DNA of 64,000 bases from a virus (lineage: Duplodnaviria; Caudoviricetes), in the IMG/VR virus record IMGVR_UViG_3300043786_001845, positions 290-64,289 of that record; one strand, written 5' to 3'. Below, piece after piece: positions 9,608 through 17,758 of the stretch. The notes below the pieces were generated by a model. The model was not told where the DNA came from, ran no database searches, and saw only the letters and a program-made list of their open reading frames with translations. Position 1 is the first letter of the stretch. Each line of letters starts with the position of its first letter. Both the position numbers and the translations under genes were made by a program.

Positions 9608-10168
9608 ATGGTACCATTACTGGCAGCGGGCGCGATCAGCAAGCTCTCAATCGGCCGGAAGTTGCTGATCGCAACGGTGATCGCGCTTGTCGCACTGGCG
9701 ATGATCGGCACTGCCTGCTATTTCGTGTGGCAGGCCGGGGCCGACTCGGTGCGCATCAAGTGGGAGGAGGAGAGGACCCGGGAGGCCGCGGAGGCCGCGC
9801 GTCGCAAGGGGGAGGCTGGCAAGGTCACCCTCAAGGAAGTCACCAAGTACGTCGACCGAATGCGCACCGTCTACAAGAGCGGCGACACCATCATCAAGGA
9901 GATTCCAGTCTATGTCACCAAGCAGAATGATGCTCGTTGCACTGTCAACGATGGCTTTGTCAGCGTGTGGAACTTGTCCAACCAAGGTGAGCTTCCCGGC
10001 CCCCCCGGCCCAGCTGATGCAGCCCCCTCCGCCGTTGTCCTCTCAGATATTGCGACCCAGCACACCAGAGAGTCGACCCAGTGCAGAGCGGTAGAAGCCC
10101 AGCTCATCGCCCTCGAGGCCTGGATAACCAAGCAGTGCGCGATCCACGACTGCTACGCCTCTGAGTGA
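9608..10168 (+). CDS. Rz-like inner-membrane spanin
   Basis: N-terminal TM helix, coiled coil, TKYVDR...IIKEIPVYV...C.V..GFV pattern; position after holin and lysin. Confidence 0.8.
   Translation: MVPLLAAGAISKLSIGRKLLIATVIALVALAMIGTACYFVWQAGADSVRIKWEEERTREAAEAARRKGEAGKVTLKEVTKYVDRMRTVYKSGDTIIKEIPVYVTKQNDARCTVNDGFVSVWNLSNQGELPGPPGPADAAPSAVVLSDIATQHTRESTQCRAVEAQLIALEAWITKQCAIHDCYASE
9927..10094 (+). CDS. Rz1-like outer-membrane lipoprotein spanin embedded in Rz (+1 frame)
   Basis: MMLVALSTMALSA-C lipobox followed by a Pro-rich mature part (PAPPAQLMQPPPPL); fully nested in Rz. Confidence 0.8.
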   Translation: MMLVALSTMALSACGTCPTKVSFPAPPAQLMQPPPPLSSQILRPSTPESRPSAER

Positions 10169-10174
10169 TCGGAC

Positions 10175-10204
10175 GCCCCATCCCCGCTTGGGGGTGGGGC
10201 TTTC
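10175..10204. terminator. Intrinsic terminator between convergent genes
   Basis: GCCCCATCCCC-gctt-GGGGGTGGGGC hairpin followed by TTT. Confidence 0.6.
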
Positions 10205-10208
10205 CAGC

Positions 10209-11486
10209 TCAGTACAGGGGCGACGGCGTGGGCGCCCGGGTGGTGCGCCGGTCCTTCACCGCCTTCCACTCGGTCAAGTCACAGTAGACGCCGAGGTGGT
10301 ACTCGTAGTTGTAATACAGCCCGGGCGGGAAGATGGTGAGTTCCCACGTCAGCGGGTCGAAATTCCACTGGTCGTCCGGAACCTCGACACCGCCGCGCCA
10401 CAAGATGGCCGCGACAGAGTCGGGATCGGCCCCGAGCGCGTGGGCGGTCACAAACTCCTTCAGGTCGTCCGGCAGGAAGCTGCCGAGGGCGGTCACGTCC
10501 GGTGCCGGGGTCTCCCCCACGGCGGCCGGGCGGGCACCCGACAGGAGCGCGGTGTGGTAGGCCAGCCCAAGGCGGTCCCGGATGACGGACGGAGCCCGGA
10601 GGACCACCGTGTTGGTGAAGTAGACGGAGCTCCCCGCGATCCCGAAATCGGGCGCCACGGGCTCCGGGAGCAAGGCCCGCTTCTGCTGGTACGCGTACGC
10701 CACGGGGATCTCCAGGTCGGCAGTCATCGAGAAGTCCACCTGGGCTGAGCGCACCACGTTCCCATCACGATTCACCGAGATGGACGGGGCGTCGATCACG
10801 AGGATCGGGTTGCAGAAGTACCCGAAGCTGAAGGCGGTGCGCCCTGACGCAGAATTGATGGTGCGGCGCACGTCTCCGGCCGTGACGGCGCTGAGGTACT
10901 CCTGGAAGCGATCGGAGTCGGTCGGGTCAGAGCCGTCGCCGAGCCCCATGTCGGCCCACACCTGGCGGAGGATGTCGGTCGGGATCTCCGTGTAGATCAC
11001 GACGTCGTTCAGGAAGACCTTGTAGTTCGTCGGCATCGCGCGCCGGAGATACATCAGGACCTCCCGCGCCTTGAGGTCGGTCTCGACCACGAGGGAGACG
11101 GCGAAGCGCACCACGATTCGATCCGACTGGTAGCCGGCGTACCGCAGATGGTTGTCGTCGTGGATGAGTCTCGCGAGCCTGTCCGGCTGGAGGAGGAAAC
11201 GGTTCCCGGTGTGCCAGCTGACCCCGGTGGCGAAGTCTGACACGTCGGCGGTCGGTTCCATTCGGACGGACAGCAGCGGGAGGCGCCGGGTGGCGAGTTG
11301 GCTAGAAGAGAACGGGCGAAAGTGGCGCCGCCGCCGCAGCATCGGCAGCTCCGAGTCGACCGAGTAATCGTGCAGGTAGCCGGCCGGCATGAGGCCCTCG
11401 ATGTACCCCCGCGTCGCGCCGAGCAGGCTGCTCAGCATCGGAGTTACGGATGACACCGGGCGCGAAGTCAGAAGATCGCTCAGCAT
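10209..11486 (-). CDS. Late protein, probably virion (neck/tail-completion-like)
   Basis: 425 aa with GAGG RBS and an upstream late-promoter motif; function inferred from context only. Confidence 0.55.
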   Translation of the reverse strand: MLSDLLTSRPVSSVTPMLSSLLGATRGYIEGLMPAGYLHDYSVDSELPMLRRRRHFRPFSSSQLATRRLPLLSVRMEPTADVSDFATGVSWHTGNRFLLQPDRLARLIHDDNHLRYAGYQSDRIVVRFAVSLVVETDLKAREVLMYLRRAMPTNYKVFLNDVVIYTEIPTDILRQVWADMGLGDGSDPTDSDRFQEYLSAVTAGDVRRTINSASGRTAFSFGYFCNPILVIDAPSISVNRDGNVVRSAQVDFSMTADLEIPVAYAYQQKRALLPEPVAPDFGIAGSSVYFTNTVVLRAPSVIRDRLGLAYHTALLSGARPAAVGETPAPDVTALGSFLPDDLKEFVTAHALGADPDSVAAILWRGGVEVPDDQWNFDPLTWELTIFPPGLYYNYEYHLGVYCDLTEWKAVKDRRTTRAPTPSPLY

Positions 11487-11510
11487 TTAATTTCCTCAAG
11501 TCTCATTTCT

Positions 11511-11522
11511 TATTAGGCTGTT
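11511..11522 (-). promoter_or_regulatory. Late promoter motif AACA-GCCTAA-TA
   Basis: Motif ~25 bp upstream of ATG 11486. Confidence 0.65.
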
Positions 11523-11523
11523 C

Positions 11524-11556
11524 AAAAAAAAAAGGAGAGGGTACACCCTCTCCTTT
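11524..11556 (-). terminator. Intrinsic terminator closing the Ubl-system operon
   Basis: AAAGGAGAGGG-loop-CCCTCTCCTTT hairpin followed by a long U tract on the minus strand. Confidence 0.8.
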
Positions 11557-11578
11557 CTCACTGCTGCCGTCCGAAGCG

Positions 11579-12253
11579 CTACCGGCCGAAGAGCTCGTGC
11601 TGAGACGAGTCGTCCCCGGCATACACGTCGCCGAGGTCGCTGCTTTCAACCATTCGGAGGCCGAGCTCGTTCAGCGGGCGCCCGCCGTTCTTCCGCTTCT
11701 GAGATGCGAACCGGAGAGGATTAGGCGACAGGACAGGCTGGAGTTCCTGCAGACGCGTCTCGACCGCCCTGCGAAGCGCGTCGCTCGGCTCCAGAATGCC
11801 ACCGTGCACGACGACCCTGGCGGGGGCCTGAAGCTTCGATCCGACAACCAGCGGCACGTTCACGACCGCGGACGGGAACTCCCACGGCGGAATGAACAGG
11901 ATGGAAGCCAGGAACTCCTCGTTGATGCTGTTCCGGTCGACCGTGCTGAACTGGCGGTAGTTCTCGGGGTGTCGGTGCATGATGACGTTCCACTCCGGGC
12001 TCGGAGGGGGCTCGGTGAACTGGATGCTCGTGGAGGTCGTCGTCTGGAACGGAAAGTACACCTCACCGGGCGCGATCGTGACGGTCGCGGCGGCGGCGTC
12101 CCAGGTCCCCTTCAGGTAGACCCCATACTCCAGGGACGGCGACGGGAGCGCGGGCTGGATGGACAGCATCGTGCGGGCCACATCCGCCGGGATTATCACC
12201 GTTGCTGCATGGTGGATAGCCAGCCCGGTGCTAATGAGATGGGGGTTGACCAT
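11579..12253 (-). CDS. JAB/MPN+ (JAMM) metallo-isopeptidase
   Basis: N-terminal catalytic E (LEYGVYL) and exact H-x-H-x7-S-x2-D motif (HRHPENYRQFSTVD). Confidence 0.85.
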   Translation of the reverse strand: MVNPHLISTGLAIHHAATVIIPADVARTMLSIQPALPSPSLEYGVYLKGTWDAAAATVTIAPGEVYFPFQTTTSTSIQFTEPPPSPEWNVIMHRHPENYRQFSTVDRNSINEEFLASILFIPPWEFPSAVVNVPLVVGSKLQAPARVVVHGGILEPSDALRRAVETRLQELQPVLSPNPLRFASQKRKNGGRPLNELGLRMVESSDLGDVYAGDDSSQHELFGR

Positions 12254-12254
12254 C

Positions 12255-13001
12255 TCAGGCCCCGGCAGCAGTGAGCTGCGGCGTGACCTTGTACTTGCCG
12301 CCGTTCACAAAGTCGGCCAGACCGACCAGCCGCCCGGACCGGTCCGAGATCAGCATCTTGCTGAGATTGAGCTCGCGCAGCTTGAGCATGAACTTGTCAG
12401 TGGCTTCACCGATGGTAGCCCCGCTGAATTGGTAGTACTGGTTGTAGATCGTGGCATCGAACCCCACCACGCCAGGCTTGCCGGCCGGAGTGGCATTGGG
12501 AACGGCGGTCGCGGGGGCGGCGGTCGCGGGGGCGGCGGTCGCGGGGGCGGCGGTCTTGTCAGTCGCACCGCCACCGATGGCGCCGGAGGCAACGGCAGTC
12601 TCGCCGATGGCGCCGGAGGCAACGGCAGTCTCGTCGGGCTTGCTCCCGGCCCCGCTCATTTCTCGCGTGGCGTCGAGCATAGAGGGGGCGGCGTTGACCA
12701 GGCCGGATGACGAGTCGACCTTGGGCGTCGTGCTCGGCTTCGGGACGACGGTGCCGTCCGAGCGCCACGCAGCGGCCTCAGGCGTGAGCTCGGAGGCCGC
12801 GAGTTCCCGGGGACATCCGCCCGAGCGCCCGCCCACCCGCATCTCCACGGTGAGGTGCTTCTTGAGGCGGTCGCTGCGGAGCTTCACACCGATGGCGGTC
12901 CAGTCGGTGTCCAGCTTCTGCATCACATCGTCGTTGGTGAGCTTCGCGTCGTTGTAAGCGGTGAGAAATTCACTATCAGTAATCTGGCTGGCACCACGCA
13001 T
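12255..13001 (-). CDS. Candidate ubiquitin-like modifier: helical N-domain, low-complexity linker, ~70-aa beta-grasp-like C-domain ending TAAGA
   Basis: C-terminal beta-beta-alpha-beta-beta-like pattern ending KYKVTPQLTAAG-A; A/T/P-rich repeat linker; lies between E1 and JAB. The fold is inferred. Confidence 0.6.
   Translation of the reverse strand: MRGASQITDSEFLTAYNDAKLTNDDVMQKLDTDWTAIGVKLRSDRLKKHLTVEMRVGGRSGGCPRELAASELTPEAAAWRSDGTVVPKPSTTPKVDSSSGLVNAAPSMLDATREMSGAGSKPDETAVASGAIGETAVASGAIGGGATDKTAAPATAAPATAAPATAVPNATPAGKPGVVGFDATIYNQYYQFSGATIGEATDKFMLKLRELNLSKMLISDRSGRLVGLADFVNGGKYKVTPQLTAAGA
12505..12634. repeat. Tandem repeats in the linker: 15-bp x3 (TAAPA) and ~30-bp x2 (ETAVASGAIG)
   Basis: Read directly from the sequence. 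Confidence 0.85.
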
Positions 13002-13016
13002 GCCTCTTCTCCTAAA

Positions 13017-13694
13017 TCAAGTTTCAAAACCCCGGAAGAATATCCGGAGCATATTGAGTTCGGCGGCCGAGACATCAACTCCGAGCCGCACGTTGGACAT
13101 CAGGTCCCGCACTGTAATAACGTCGCCGATCATGCTCGGCCCATCCTCCGAGCTGAGCGAATTGAGCAGCTCAGCGTTTGCGAACAGAATCCACGCGCCC
13201 CGCGAGGCGCGTATTGCGATCTCCAAACGGTCCAGCAGCTTTCTCTGGACCAGCAGCTTTCTCTGGATTTCATACGCGACATCGAAGACTATCGTCCATT
13301 CGACGAATTCGATCTCCTCCGAGCCAGTCTGCGTCTGAACTCTTTCCACGGTGCCGAGCATGAGTGACTGGGAGTATGAAGCCTGTCTGACGCAGTACCC
13401 GGCTACAGCCAGCTCCGCCACGAACTGCTGAAGGTCGTCGACGCAGAGCCCGGTGACCTCCTCGGCGGCGTACCGCTCGTCCAAAGTGAGTGCTGCGACG
13501 ATGCCGATATTGCAGGTGAATTTAGTGAGTTCTCGAAACGACTCACTGCTGCGCTTCGTGGACGACACCGCCGTTGCGTAGAGCTCGCGGAGCCGCTCGA
13601 GGCAGGCTGCCGGTCCGGCGTCCGCCAGGGTCATGGCCTCGTCGTATGCGGCCTTGTTGCGCTCGAAGATCTCGTCCGTAATGGTGTTAAGCAT
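13017..13694 (-). CDS. Hypothetical protein of the Ubl operon
   Basis: 225 aa; TAATG overlap with the E1 stop; contains an 18-bp tandem duplication (QRKLL x2) near 13232-13267. Confidence 0.7.
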   Translation of the reverse strand: MLNTITDEIFERNKAAYDEAMTLADAGPAACLERLRELYATAVSSTKRSSESFRELTKFTCNIGIVAALTLDERYAAEEVTGLCVDDLQQFVAELAVAGYCVRQASYSQSLMLGTVERVQTQTGSEEIEFVEWTIVFDVAYEIQRKLLVQRKLLDRLEIAIRASRGAWILFANAELLNSLSSEDGPSMIGDVITVRDLMSNVRLGVDVSAAELNMLRIFFRGFET

Positions 13695-14413
13695 TATTCG
13701 TCCTCCTCACCGTCTGGAGACCAGGCGAACGAGACCGAGCGCGCGAGCTCGTCGATGTCCGTGGTGTAGGTCCCCGCACGATGCTCCGTGATGTCTGCGA
13801 AGTTCCGGAACTCGAGAAAGCGGATCGCCATCAGGGCCAGAATGGCGGCCGGAACGTAGAAGCTGGGGGTCACGGCGTAGGAGTTGCCGCCCTGTAGGAC
13901 GACGACCTTCTTGGCCACGATGTCCGGCCGGAAGGTGAAGCTCATCGCGGACCCGCCGTCGTAGGCGAGCTTTAGCCACGTCCCCGGAATCATGCAGCTG
14001 GGGTCGATGGTGTCGCGGGCGTCGATGATGGTCCCGGTGGTCAGCTTCGTCTCGGGTCCGACCCGCTCGGTCGAAGCATCGGCGAGAGCTCGGGTGGCGT
14101 CGTTTCCGCCGTTGGTGATGGTGGCGAGCGCCTCCCTGATCGCGTTCACCTTCTCAGTGCGCCCGACCGCGTCGAGCCTGAACAGCTGGGTGCGGTTGAG
14201 ATTGTGCAGCTCGACCGTGTCGTGGTCGTACACGCGGAACATCATGCGCTCGTACATGGAATTGTACGTTCTCGTCCGTGCCGCGAACCTGAGGACATTC
14301 GAGCCGACGCCGCCCGCACCGAGCAGATTGATCCGGTGGCGCATCTTGCCGCCGCCGATTCGCTGCCTCGCGAGGTTCCGCACGTCCTCTCTGCTGATAT
14401 CAGGCATTCTCAT
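13694..14413 (-). CDS. ThiF/MoeB/E1-family adenylating enzyme
   Basis: LLGAGGVGS, YDHDTVELHNLNRT, K-V and IIDARD motifs; no CxxC zinc motifs and a single Cys. Confidence 0.9.
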   Translation of the reverse strand: MRMPDISREDVRNLARQRIGGGKMRHRINLLGAGGVGSNVLRFAARTRTYNSMYERMMFRVYDHDTVELHNLNRTQLFRLDAVGRTEKVNAIREALATITNGGNDATRALADASTERVGPETKLTTGTIIDARDTIDPSCMIPGTWLKLAYDGGSAMSFTFRPDIVAKKVVVLQGGNSYAVTPSFYVPAAILALMAIRFLEFRNFADITEHRAGTYTTDIDELARSVSFAWSPDGEEDE

Positions 14414-16127
14414 TCATCCTTCTGTCTAGTTCGGCGAAGCTGGCTGCGGTTATCGCGCCCAGCTCCCGCAGGCCGGGGACCGTCACCTCAGGATTCTGCT
14501 TCCCAAAGTCCCTCCAATCATCATCGGAAATCATCCCAGGATGTTCCAGCACGAAGCCCCTCTCGGAATTGTATGCGCTGTCCAGATTGCACTGGCGGAG
14601 CATCTGGATGAACTCCTCGAGGGTGGCGTGGCGAAATCCGCCGCGCGATTGCACCTCCATGTCCGACATCGTTCTATTGATGTCTCCGAGGCACACAGCC
14701 CCGCTCGACGAGATGTTGGTGTGTTTGGCCGAGATCGTACACTTCTTGTCGCTGTACGCCTGCGCGCTCGGGAAGCTGGTATTGTTCTTGGCGAACTTCA
14801 AGTCGAACGCGTGGATCCCTAGCTCGTGGTGCAGCGTCCCGGGAATGTCCTCGATGTAGGTGCGCCCGCGGCGGACGACCGTGACCGGTCGGACGAACTC
14901 CCTCAACACCACGCGCAAGACCGCCGCGCTGATCGAGGTCACGCTCTCCACAAACGGGTGGTCGGTCATTTCCTCCTTGAAGAACTTCGCGAGGTTGGCG
15001 GTGTTGACCTCGATCCTCGCGTAGCCGTTGACGTACCTCACGAAGTTCGAAGCCATATTTCCGAGCTCGGGTCTTGCCAGCCAGCCCAGCAGAGACTTCG
15101 CCCAGTCTGTGTGGGTGATGGTGACGCCGAATCCATTTGATGCCATCTCCGGAATGTGCGCGAGCAGCGTTTCCCATTGGGCGAGGTCGTTGATAGACCA
15201 GGTGCCGCACTGGGAGAGAATGAAATCAAGCGTGACGCCGCTCTCGCGTATGCGCTCCCGCAGCTCTCCTAGCGGATCAGCCCTGTTCGCGATGTTCAGC
15301 GTCTTGATGGTGGTGTTGTTGGACTGGAATTTATCGAAGAGGCGACAGATGGCATTGTGCGCGGTCGGAAGACTACTCGCGTCCATATCGTACTTTCGCC
15401 ATGTTATCTGCCCGGAGCGGTCGACGTAGGCGAGCCGCGTCTCCCCAGCCCGCCACTCGACGCGCTCGAGGCGCCCGAGGATCGGGTCGGAGATTCCCCA
15501 CTCCGCGACCATGGCGCCGGTGTGGGAGAGCTCGCAGTATCGGAACCGCGGCGACGGGATTCCGAGAATGCCGCAAGCCGCCGCCAGGTCCAGAGAATTC
15601 ACCAGTATTTCCTGGCCGGCATGGAACCAGTTGATCAAGTCGTCCACGTTGCTCCGCGGCGGGGTGCCCCAGCTCCAGATGAACCTGAAGGCGTCGCCGG
15701 GGTTGAGTGCGTCCAGGTCCTGCACCAGCTCGTAGCTGCATGAAGCCAGGAAAATCACTGCGAATCGGAGATCGTCCGACATCATCCACGAGTCGTAGGG
15801 GAATGACACCATGCGCCGTGGGCGATCGAACGACGGACCGGTGACCAGAATCATGTTCCACGTTGTGTGGCGATTGGAGAAGCGCGTCTCGCCTTCCCCC
15901 GCTCTGACGATGATCTGCGAGACGGCGACCCTCTCGGTCCCGCCCGGTGGAATGCAGTGCATGTCCATCCAGGACACGTCGATGGCGATCTCGGAAGGCT
16001 GCTGCTCGCGGTGACGAGCGAGCACTTCGTCGTACTTCCCCCTCACGACGGAGGAGGGAACCACGGTCGGCCTGAAGGAATGACCGGGGTAGCGGCTCTC
16101 CGGCATCCGCGCTGGGAGGCTTCTCAT
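14400..16127 (-). CDS. Large protein with C-terminal prokaryotic E2/UBC-like domain
   Basis: HTNISSSGAVCLG (14687-14723) matches the E2 HPN(I/V)xxxGx(I/V)CL active-site signature. 575 aa from MRSLPARM; ATGA-coupled upstream and overlapping E1 downstream. Confidence 0.75.
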   Translation of the reverse strand: MRSLPARMPESRYPGHSFRPTVVPSSVVRGKYDEVLARHREQQPSEIAIDVSWMDMHCIPPGGTERVAVSQIIVRAGEGETRFSNRHTTWNMILVTGPSFDRPRRMVSFPYDSWMMSDDLRFAVIFLASCSYELVQDLDALNPGDAFRFIWSWGTPPRSNVDDLINWFHAGQEILVNSLDLAAACGILGIPSPRFRYCELSHTGAMVAEWGISDPILGRLERVEWRAGETRLAYVDRSGQITWRKYDMDASSLPTAHNAICRLFDKFQSNNTTIKTLNIANRADPLGELRERIRESGVTLDFILSQCGTWSINDLAQWETLLAHIPEMASNGFGVTITHTDWAKSLLGWLARPELGNMASNFVRYVNGYARIEVNTANLAKFFKEEMTDHPFVESVTSISAAVLRVVLREFVRPVTVVRRGRTYIEDIPGTLHHELGIHAFDLKFAKNNTSFPSAQAYSDKKCTISAKHTNISSSGAVCLGDINRTMSDMEVQSRGGFRHATLEEFIQMLRQCNLDSAYNSERGFVLEHPGMISDDDWRDFGKQNPEVTVPGLRELGAITAASFAELDRRMNENA

Positions 16128-16837
16128 GACGCTGCCCCTGCTGTCGGGACCGAGCTCTCCCACCTGGCCCGCAGCTGGAAGTTGTTGAACGCCTCGGCCA
16201 CCAGCTGGTCGGCGAAGTCGCCGGTGAATAGCAAACTGTCCTCCACGAAGGACTCCGGCTTGCACAGCATGTTCACGGAGAGCAGCACGATCAGCTGCCT
16301 GAGTATCTCAGCCGAGACGATGTCCTTCCAGTGCGGCTGGTCCCAGACCGCCTCCGCGGCGGAGACCGCGTCGCGGAGCATCTGAGACGGGCGGGACGTC
16401 TTCCCGACGAGCCCGCTCTCCACGTCCACCGCGATGCACCACTCGTCCTCCCCCCAGGGAGGAGTCACCAGGGGGCCGTCCTCTCCCCGCAGGTAGAGAC
16501 CGCGGCCGGCCAGGACGCTGTCCGCATTCGCCCTCATGAAGTTCTCGTCACACACGATCGCCGTGAAGTAGGGCCGCGTTTCACGACAGACGCGGATGAA
16601 GTTGCCGAAATAGGTGATGGCGCTCTGGAGGGCCGAACGCTCGTTCTCTGGATCAGAAAGCGAGCGGAGCACGACGGAGATGCCGCGCACGCCGACCGTG
16701 GCGATGGCCTCCGCCATGTCGACCAGAAACGAATTGTCGAGTGACTTGACACTCTCGAACGAGACGAACATGGTCACCCACTCCGGGATGACGAGCCCCG
16801 GTGGATGCCTCCCAAAGAGTCCTACTTGTTGCGACAT
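16124..16837 (-). CDS. Hypothetical protein, first gene of the Ubl operon
   Basis: GGAGG RBS before MSQQVG; ATGA overlap with the E2 gene. Confidence 0.7.
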   Translation of the reverse strand: MSQQVGLFGRHPPGLVIPEWVTMFVSFESVKSLDNSFLVDMAEAIATVGVRGISVVLRSLSDPENERSALQSAITYFGNFIRVCRETRPYFTAIVCDENFMRANADSVLAGRGLYLRGEDGPLVTPPWGEDEWCIAVDVESGLVGKTSRPSQMLRDAVSAAEAVWDQPHWKDIVSAEILRQLIVLLSVNMLCKPESFVEDSLLFTGDFADQLVAEAFNNFQLRARWESSVPTAGAAS

Positions 16838-16894
16838 GTGAGGTTTCCTCCAATACAGACCCGTTTCCGAACTGGAAACGGGCGCTATCACAGA

Positions 16895-16904
16895 GATAAT
16901 ATAA
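16895..16904 (-). promoter_or_regulatory. Possible early promoter (TATATTAT) of the Ubl operon
   Basis: AT-rich TTTATATTATCT ~60 bp upstream of ATG 16837; resembles the TATATTA(C/T) early motifs recalled for phiKZ/AR9. Confidence 0.35.
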
Positions 16905-16906
16905 AG

Positions 16907-17749
16907 CTAAGTCGGAGCTTTGAATTGGGACCGCTCGACGATGTTCTGGAGCCACCGCCACTGGGGGTCCGTCGGAGAGAGGTGGCCGTCCTTCTTCAGC
17001 TTGTCGACCATCTGCTGCACGAAGTCCCCTTCCTTGCTACCACTCTTTGCCACGAGGACAGCCTGCCCGAGGACCGCTCGGACCTCCGCCTGGTCTCGCT
17101 CGCCCTCCGTAGGCGGCAGGACTGGGGGCTGAGGGGTTACGCCGAGGGCGCGGAGCGCGAAGAAGACCGTCGCGCAGGCGCGCACGTCAGCCAGGGCGTC
17201 ATGCGCGCCGGAGAAGTCACTCCCGGCGAGATGGCGGTGGGCCTCGGTCAGGGTGGGCCTCTTGTACCCGCTCCCCCCGTTCACCTTGGGAAGCCGGCAG
17301 ACCTCCACGGAGGAGACCATCGTGTCATAAGCCGGGAGCTCGAGGAAGTAGTCAGCGGCTGCCTTTTGTCCGAGCTCGAGGAACATCCGCCGCAGGACGC
17401 GGATGTCGAATCCGAGATTGTGTCCGACGAGGACGCACCCCTTGCTCGCCCCGACGGCGAGTAGCAGCTCTCGTACCTTGTCGGGTGCGATGCCCCGGGC
17501 GCGGTGCTCTCGGGAGATGCCGTGTATCCCAGCCGACTCCGTCGTGACGTCCGGCCAGCCAGGGAGCGGGGCGACGATCGCCGACGCGGCGGTGATCTCC
17601 CGGCCGCGCTCGTCGTAAGTCGCGAACGCCACCTGGATGGGGCGGGGCTGACGCGGGTCCGTCTCGGCGGCGCCGGAGACCCAGAGCCGGTCGGTCTCCG
17701 TGTCGGCAAAGAGGTACTTCATTGGGACTTCTGCTGTTGGTTGGGTCAT
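16907..17749 (-). CDS. DEDDh 3'-5' exonuclease (DnaQ-like)
   Basis: ADTET (ExoI), GHNLGFD (ExoII), YDTM, AHDALADV (ExoIII). Confidence 0.92.
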   Translation of the reverse strand: MTQPTAEVPMKYLFADTETDRLWVSGAAETDPRQPRPIQVAFATYDERGREITAASAIVAPLPGWPDVTTESAGIHGISREHRARGIAPDKVRELLLAVGASKGCVLVGHNLGFDIRVLRRMFLELGQKAAADYFLELPAYDTMVSSVEVCRLPKVNGGSGYKRPTLTEAHRHLAGSDFSGAHDALADVRACATVFFALRALGVTPQPPVLPPTEGERDQAEVRAVLGQAVLVAKSGSKEGDFVQQMVDKLKKDGHLSPTDPQWRWLQNIVERSQFKAPT

Positions 17750-17758
17750 GTGACTCTC

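Noticed and set aside
12505-12634. Short repeats as a CRISPR array
   Set aside because: Tandem, without unique spacers, in frame within a coding linker; no cas genes seen.
13694-14413. ThiF as a thiamine/molybdopterin or tRNA-thiolation enzyme
   Set aside because: No ThiS/MoaD-sized GG-ending carrier, ThiG, MoaE or rhodanese nearby; it is coupled to E2-motif and JAMM genes instead.
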